Virus record (IMG/VR): IMGVR_UViG_2695420456_000002
Location: 1 to 18,835 of that record
Direction: 5' to 3' (one strand)
DNA: 18,835 nt
From: a virus
Lineage: Duplodnaviria; Heunggongvirae; Uroviricota; Caudoviricetes
The notes below the pieces were generated by a model. It was not told where the DNA came from. It saw only the letters and a program-made list of their open reading frames with translations, and searched no databases. This document shows positions 14,277 to 18,835 of this stretch, one piece after another. Each line of letters opens with the position of its first letter. Within the stretch, counting starts at the first letter, position 1. The position numbers and the translations under genes were made by a program.

Positions 14277-17200
14277 TTATTTAGTTGCTTTCAGTTCGGC
14301 AATTTCTTTCTGTAATGCTTCGATCTGTGTTTTATATTTGGCGTCCATTTCCTGCATAGCTTTAATAATCAAGGCATTAACAGCAGAGTTAGAAATAGTC
14401 TTGATTGCTTCCGGTTGTTCTGGATCTTCTGTGGATTGAATACCTACTGCTTCCGGCAATACTTTTTCCAGATCCTGAGCAATAATACCTACTTCGCGTT
14501 TAATCACCGTGTCATCGGAAAGAGATTTAACTTTATCGTAGGTGTAGACTTTCAGTGAGTTTACTTTCTCTAATGCACCGTCCTGTAATTCTTCCTTGTT
14601 AATCTTCAAACGGGAGTCAGAGCGAATGTAAACATCGTTAAAGCTACCGTTACGACCTGCGCTAAAATCACCCGCAGCGTTAAAGTCAAAACCAGCGTCA
14701 TGAACATGAAGTTTAACTGTAGCATTACCGATAGTACCGCTAGGAACATGCACACCCATTGCCGCAATGTGATATTGACCCCAATGTGTAGCTTTCCAGA
14801 TGTTATGAGCGGAATTGGTTGATTGGGGGCAATCAACTTGCAAACCGGAAGCACGGTCACGCCAGCTAGCCCAACTACCACCAGAAACGTTACCGCGAAT
14901 CAAACCTTTATCAGACCCGCCGACGCTACCAGATTCAAGATGAATCATCTTATCCGCAAGTTTCCACGTCTGGGCTTGTTTCTGACCACGGAAGCGAATA
15001 ACACCAGCATCATCGCAGTACATCAAGCCTAACTCTAAACCGTCTGGGTCTCTAAACCAGATGTGTTTATTGCCACTGCGACGAAACTCAATATCTGGAC
15101 CAGTTATCTTAATATTACCGGAAGTTGCGATCCCTTGTGAGTGAATACTGCCATTAACACTAAAGTTAATTTCATTAGTACCAGGACCACCAGCACGCTG
15201 TGTATAGAAATGCCAACCGCTTTCATCAGCAAATTCTAAAACCTGCTTACGGGAGTCGTTGCCCCATACTCGACAGTTGAATGAAGACTGTCCGGTATTT
15301 TTACCCCAAGTAAACTTACCACCAACTTCAAGATCGCCTAAGAAGTTTGCTTTAAGAGCACCTGTACCCATCGCACGTTCTGTGCTAAAATGTCGGCCTT
15401 GACTATCTTCTATGTACAAAACGTTATCACGAGCATTATTGCTATCACCCCAATGATTAAATCGAATATAATCGCGAGATCCAGAACGCCCAGCGTCGAA
15501 AGTCAAAAAACCTTTCTTAATGTAAACGTTATTACTAAAACGAGCGGCACGGCTATCTCTTTCAAGAATTAATGCGCCTTCGTTGCCGTCACCACCTAAA
15601 GTAACTTTACCGTTAGTCAAATCGTAAATGAACGGTCTGTTTCCATTCCACCCGCCCAATTTATCATTTTCGGCAGTAGAAAGAAGATAAACTTTATCAC
15701 CGTCATTACGCCAGAATGCACCATAATTACCGTAGATCATGCGGTAGGCGTCGCTATTCATTGAGATGAATTGAGCGTTAGTATAAACTCGTTTTGTTTT
15801 ACCAGTTGCAAGTTCGATCTGTCCGTCGATGTGGTGACGAATAGAAGTACCACCTACATCGCTATACCATTCAAAAACGTTAGTATCAGCATTGGCATAA
15901 CCGATCCAACCTTGACGCGTAATATCTCCAGTCCGATTATCTTGAAACGCAATATGGTTAGATTGACCAGCAGGACGCCGCAAGGTAATAACATTACTAC
16001 CGCCATTTAACAGCATTCGACCAGAAAGAATATTACCTTTATGAGTCCCAGCAATAGAGCTACTAGATTCAACGGTTAGAATCTCCTGAGCATCTGTACT
16101 ACCCGTGGCGAGTCGATAAGTAGAACCCTGAACCGTCTCATGCCAGATCATTTCATTATAGTTACTACGGAATTTACGAATATATTTCCGTCCAGTACCT
16201 CTATCATTGCTTAGATGAACAATGTCATAGCTGTTTTGTGTATTGTCGTCAAAACTCAACACACCACGTTTATTTTCTGTGTTAAAAAGAGTTACGTTGC
16301 GACCACCGATAACACCAACGGAAGGTTTAATTAACGTGGCTTCCGGCGTATCATAAACCGTCAAACTTACATAAACAGATTTCCCATATTCGACAATAAC
16401 GTTATCGGTATAACGCTGATATTTCACGTAGATATCATAGTTATCACCGGAAGTATTGACAGCAAATACCTCAAAATCTTTGTTTGTATTTCTACGATAT
16501 GCAACTACGTTAAGTCCTTTAGGTCTATCGTTACCACTACGGAGAAGAATTTCTACTACATCAACTTGGTCATATGCCGTAACGTTGTAACCATTACCAC
16601 CATGAATACGGAAAAACACACTACGCCCGTTTTGTGGAATTGTTGCGGTTGCCAATTTGAAATATGCAGATACGTTTTCGCTAGAATTGGGAACAGACAT
16701 AACGACGTTTTTAACAAACATCTTATCAACTTCGGCTTTGGTGTATGCACCAATCTCGCCAGGAGTCGGCTTATCACCTTCGTGATACATCTTATAGCTA
16801 AAGTTCTTCTGTCCTTCTCTATCAAAACCATAGGTTTCAACACGAGATCCACCAGACGCATAACGGAAAGTAAATCCGCGACCGTGCGCTTTACCGGCAG
16901 AATGAGGAACATTAAGAGTTAGATCCATGAGTCCATCTTGTCCATTAGTTCGGAAAGCACCAAAGTAATTAAGATCTCGTGATGTCTGGTCTTCCAGATA
17001 GTTAGCTGTCTTGCTTAACAGATACCCACCATGCTTAGTATTGGTATTCTTCTTGATGTAAAGAGCATCATTGCTACCTTCAATACCATCAATTCGTTTG
17101 TTAGCGGCTGCAATTGCGGCATCAGTAGAAGATTTATTCTGGTCTACCTTGTTGTTAATTGCGGTATGGTTGCTATTAACAGTGCCAGTAAGATTGGTAA

Positions 17201-17891
17201 TCTTAGTATCCGCGTCTTTCTTATTGTCGGAAACAGTCTTTTCGATCGCTGTCTTGTTAGCTGCAACCGTGCTAGTTAAGCTAGAAATTTTGTTATCTGC
17301 ATCGGTTTTATTTGCAGTAACAGTTTTAGTTAAGTTGCTAACGTTGGTGTTAGTGGTATTAACCTTGTTGTTAATCGCGGTGTTATTGTCAGTGACCGTT
17401 TTCGTTAAAGCTGCATGTTTGCTATCTGCATCAGATTTGTTTGCGGCAACGGTTCTTTCAATTGCGGTCTTATTCGCAGATACGGTCCCCGTAAGGTTAT
17501 TGATCTTAGTGTCGGCATCGGTTTTATTTGCCGTAACTGTCTGGGTTAAGTTACTAACAGTGGTGTTGGTAGCATCAATGCGCTTATTGGTTGCGGTGTC
17601 TTTAGTGGTAATAGTCTGATTCAGTTCAGCTTTAGCACTAGCCAGATTATTAGCGGCCTCTTGTTTGTTGGAAGCAATAACACGGTCAGTGCTAGTTTTG
17701 TTATTGTCTACTTTAGTGTTAAGTTCAGCGTGTTTTTCTGGAGAAACACTAATTTGGACTACGTTATTATTTTTGTCTTTGGTGTAAATCACATGGTCCG
17801 CCAGTTGTAAGGCGATCTCACCCTGTGATAATTGTTCCGGCGTCGGCTTTTTACCAGCCGTTTGTGTGCGTTTAAATTGGATTGATTGCAT
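14277..17891 (-). CDS. side (L-shaped-like) tail fibre protein with C-terminal intramolecular chaperone (peptidase S74) domain, 1204 aa
   Basis: N-terminal fibre motif (KRTQTAGKKPTPEQLSQGEIALQLAD), tandem Thr/Asn/Lys-rich shaft repeats, internal KPTPGEIGAYTKAEVD fibre repeat, and C-terminal ...YIRSDSRLKINKEEL...VYTYDK...EVGIIAQDLEKVLPEAV matching the autoproteolytic chaperone-of-endosialidase signature. Double stop TAATAA. Confidence 0.8.
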   Translation of the reverse strand: MQSIQFKRTQTAGKKPTPEQLSQGEIALQLADHVIYTKDKNNNVVQISVSPEKHAELNTKVDNNKTSTDRVIASNKQEAANNLASAKAELNQTITTKDTATNKRIDATNTTVSNLTQTVTANKTDADTKINNLTGTVSANKTAIERTVAANKSDADSKHAALTKTVTDNNTAINNKVNTTNTNVSNLTKTVTANKTDADNKISSLTSTVAANKTAIEKTVSDNKKDADTKITNLTGTVNSNHTAINNKVDQNKSSTDAAIAAANKRIDGIEGSNDALYIKKNTNTKHGGYLLSKTANYLEDQTSRDLNYFGAFRTNGQDGLMDLTLNVPHSAGKAHGRGFTFRYASGGSRVETYGFDREGQKNFSYKMYHEGDKPTPGEIGAYTKAEVDKMFVKNVVMSVPNSSENVSAYFKLATATIPQNGRSVFFRIHGGNGYNVTAYDQVDVVEILLRSGNDRPKGLNVVAYRRNTNKDFEVFAVNTSGDNYDIYVKYQRYTDNVIVEYGKSVYVSLTVYDTPEATLIKPSVGVIGGRNVTLFNTENKRGVLSFDDNTQNSYDIVHLSNDRGTGRKYIRKFRSNYNEMIWHETVQGSTYRLATGSTDAQEILTVESSSSIAGTHKGNILSGRMLLNGGSNVITLRRPAGQSNHIAFQDNRTGDITRQGWIGYANADTNVFEWYSDVGGTSIRHHIDGQIELATGKTKRVYTNAQFISMNSDAYRMIYGNYGAFWRNDGDKVYLLSTAENDKLGGWNGNRPFIYDLTNGKVTLGGDGNEGALILERDSRAARFSNNVYIKKGFLTFDAGRSGSRDYIRFNHWGDSNNARDNVLYIEDSQGRHFSTERAMGTGALKANFLGDLEVGGKFTWGKNTGQSSFNCRVWGNDSRKQVLEFADESGWHFYTQRAGGPGTNEINFSVNGSIHSQGIATSGNIKITGPDIEFRRSGNKHIWFRDPDGLELGLMYCDDAGVIRFRGQKQAQTWKLADKMIHLESGSVGGSDKGLIRGNVSGGSWASWRDRASGLQVDCPQSTNSAHNIWKATHWGQYHIAAMGVHVPSGTIGNATVKLHVHDAGFDFNAAGDFSAGRNGSFNDVYIRSDSRLKINKEELQDGALEKVNSLKVYTYDKVKSLSDDTVIKREVGIIAQDLEKVLPEAVGIQSTEDPEQPEAIKTISNSAVNALIIKAMQEMDAKYKTQIEALQKEIAELKATK
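14280..14621 (-). other. intramolecular chaperone / S74 autoprotease domain of the tail fibre
   Basis: Last 114 residues, starting at the SDSRLK motif. Confidence 0.6.
17142..17570. repeat. tandem coding repeats (two units of about 213 bp / 71 aa with internal shorter periodicity) in the fibre shaft
   Basis: TNTTVSNLTQTVTANKTDADTKINNLTGTVSANKTAIERTV... repeated as TNTNVSNLTKTVTANKTDADNKISSLTSTVAANKTAIEKTV...; the antisense strand yields the spurious hydrophobic ORF 17071..17619. Confidence 0.6.
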
Positions 17892-17922
17892 CTAGAATCA
17901 CCTCACTATAAAACAGGAATAA

Positions 17923-17940
17923 GGGAGGCGTTAACCTCCC
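17923..17940 (-). terminator. hairpin (GGGAGG-CGTTAA-CCTCCC) between the 240-aa gene and the fibre gene; weak terminator/attenuator candidate
   Basis: 6-bp GC-rich stem; on the minus strand it is followed by UUAUUCCUGUUUUAU and then the fibre RBS AGTGAGGTGAT. Confidence 0.3.
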
Positions 17941-17973
17941 AACGTTCATGTTTTATTTAGGTAGGAGAATCCT

Positions 17974-18696
17974 TTAGTATTCGCCGAAATCGATCCGGTC
18001 AGTCTTAGCCACTGCGCCAATTTCGGCTGGCGTTGGTTTCTCATTGGTGGAATATACCTTGATCCATTCCGACTTCCCATTTTCCTGGATATTTCGTACC
18101 CGCAAACGTGGAGCACCGGAAGTATTACACGTTAATTGCCATGCGCCATGCTCATTAGCTTGAAGATGAATTAACGATGTATCAGCACCATAAGGGTTAG
18201 TGCTAGCCGTTCCTTTGTAGGTTACGAAGCGGTTTCCTGTCAGAGATTCACTATCAATAGGTCCGGTGAATGGGCTAACGCCTGAGCCTACGCCATAATC
18301 CCCTTGTCGCAGAATTTTTCCCTCGGTCGCTATACCCCTTGCTAGAATCCCGCCATCTGGTTCAAGTTTAAATTCCAGTGTTACAGCTTTGTTATCTGCG
18401 CCACGGGTTTTGTGACTAGTGACATAAGCGTCATAGATGACATAGTAACCAGTGTTAGCAGCACTATAGCCAGAGTTCACAACATAGAACATACGGAAGC
18501 GTAAAGGTGTTTTATCCTCTACCGCTTTCATCAACATTGCTTGATGTTCATCGTCAAGAACACGGTTTAATGTGAGTGTTGTCGGTTCCAGTCTACGATA
18601 ACCAGCAAGTTTCCCCGTAGCGTCCTGATCGTACTCTTCCAGAGTTTCTATCTCTGTGGATTCGGTTAGAGTAGGGAATGCTGCGATGTTCTCCAT
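17974..18696 (-). CDS. tail fibre-associated protein, 240 aa, with C-terminal phage-fibre-type repeat
   Basis: ATG at 18694-18696 with an in-frame TAG 11 codons upstream; weak SD. C-terminus [24 protein letters not shown] matches the KPTPxEIGA repeat also present twice in the adjacent fibre. Confidence 0.5.
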   Translation of the reverse strand: MENIAAFPTLTESTEIETLEEYDQDATGKLAGYRRLEPTTLTLNRVLDDEHQAMLMKAVEDKTPLRFRMFYVVNSGYSAANTGYYVIYDAYVTSHKTRGADNKAVTLEFKLEPDGGILARGIATEGKILRQGDYGVGSGVSPFTGPIDSESLTGNRFVTYKGTASTNPYGADTSLIHLQANEHGAWQLTCNTSGAPRLRVRNIQENGKSEWIKVYSTNEKPTPAEIGAVAKTDRIDFGEY

Positions 18697-18759
18697 AGAA
18701 CTAAAGCTAGGATCGAAAAAGTCGACCTAGACTGGCCCCCTGAATCTCCAGACAACCAG

Positions 18760-18779
18760 TATCACTTAAATAAGTGATA
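18760..18779. promoter_or_regulatory. 20-bp palindrome TATCACTTA-AA-TAAGTGATA in a divergent intergenic region (candidate operator)
   Basis: Perfect 9-bp arms; the outer hexamers TATCAC/GTGATA equal the lambda-type operator half-site but with different spacing. Lies between the minus-strand gene starting at 18696 and a possible plus-strand start (GGAG at 18810-18813, ATG at 18819). Confidence 0.35.
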
Positions 18780-18835
18780 GTCTTAATACTAGTTTTTAGA
18801 CTAGTCATTGGAGAACAGATGATTGATGTCTTAGG

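Noticed and set aside
17071-17619. 182-aa extremely hydrophobic plus-strand ORF (also 17031..17279, 16566..16922, 15771..16010)
   Set aside because: Antisense of the Thr/Asn/Lys-rich tandem repeats of the tail fibre gene; hydrophobicity is a codon-complement artefact, not a membrane protein.
14251-18805. Restriction-site-like palindromes (ACTAGT at 14258-14263, 18788-18793, 18800-18805; GTCGAC at 18721-18726) as signs of a synthetic construct or cloning scar
   Set aside because: Sites are embedded in natural-looking hairpins and intergenic regions with intact flanking genes; short palindromes occur by chance and there is no vector-like sequence.
1-18835. CRISPR arrays, tRNA or rRNA genes
   Set aside because: No regularly spaced direct repeats with unique spacers; intergenic gaps are all under about 130 nt and occupied by simple hairpins; nothing resembles a cloverleaf or rRNA.

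Overview
The window reads as a densely packed late region of a tailed bacteriophage (siphovirus, lambda/T1-like tail-tip architecture), with nearly all genes on the minus strand. Reading high to low coordinates: a tail-fibre-associated protein, a 1204-aa side tail fibre with a C-terminal S74-type intramolecular chaperone domain and tandem shaft repeats, a putative tail tube protein with an in-frame TGA followed by a 41-codon open extension, a 168-aa tail protein, two tail-assembly-chaperone-like ORFs, an 809-aa tape measure protein, M/L/K-like tip proteins, and a 1259-aa J-like central fibre. Downstream lie an uncharacterised cassette (two small membrane proteins, a very basic 227-aa protein, a 115-aa protein), an M15-family peptidase endolysin, a very acidic Pro/Glu-rich protein, and a free-standing GIY-YIG-like (T5orf172-type) nuclease gene whose ribosome-binding site and start codon sit in a 12-bp perfect hairpin. 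At the left edge, on the plus strand, is the 3' part of a large serine recombinase gene, convergent with the nuclease gene across a bidirectional terminator. At the right edge is a divergent intergenic region with a lambda-operator-like palindrome (TATCACTTA-AA-TAAGTGATA). No rRNA, tRNA or CRISPR array was seen. All family assignments come from motifs read by eye in the supplied translations; no database search was run. The best candidates for something new are the possible stop-codon readthrough extension of the tail tube protein, the uncharacterised cassette between the J-like gene and the endolysin (no recognisable holin or spanin pair), and the acidic protein coupled to the endolysin.
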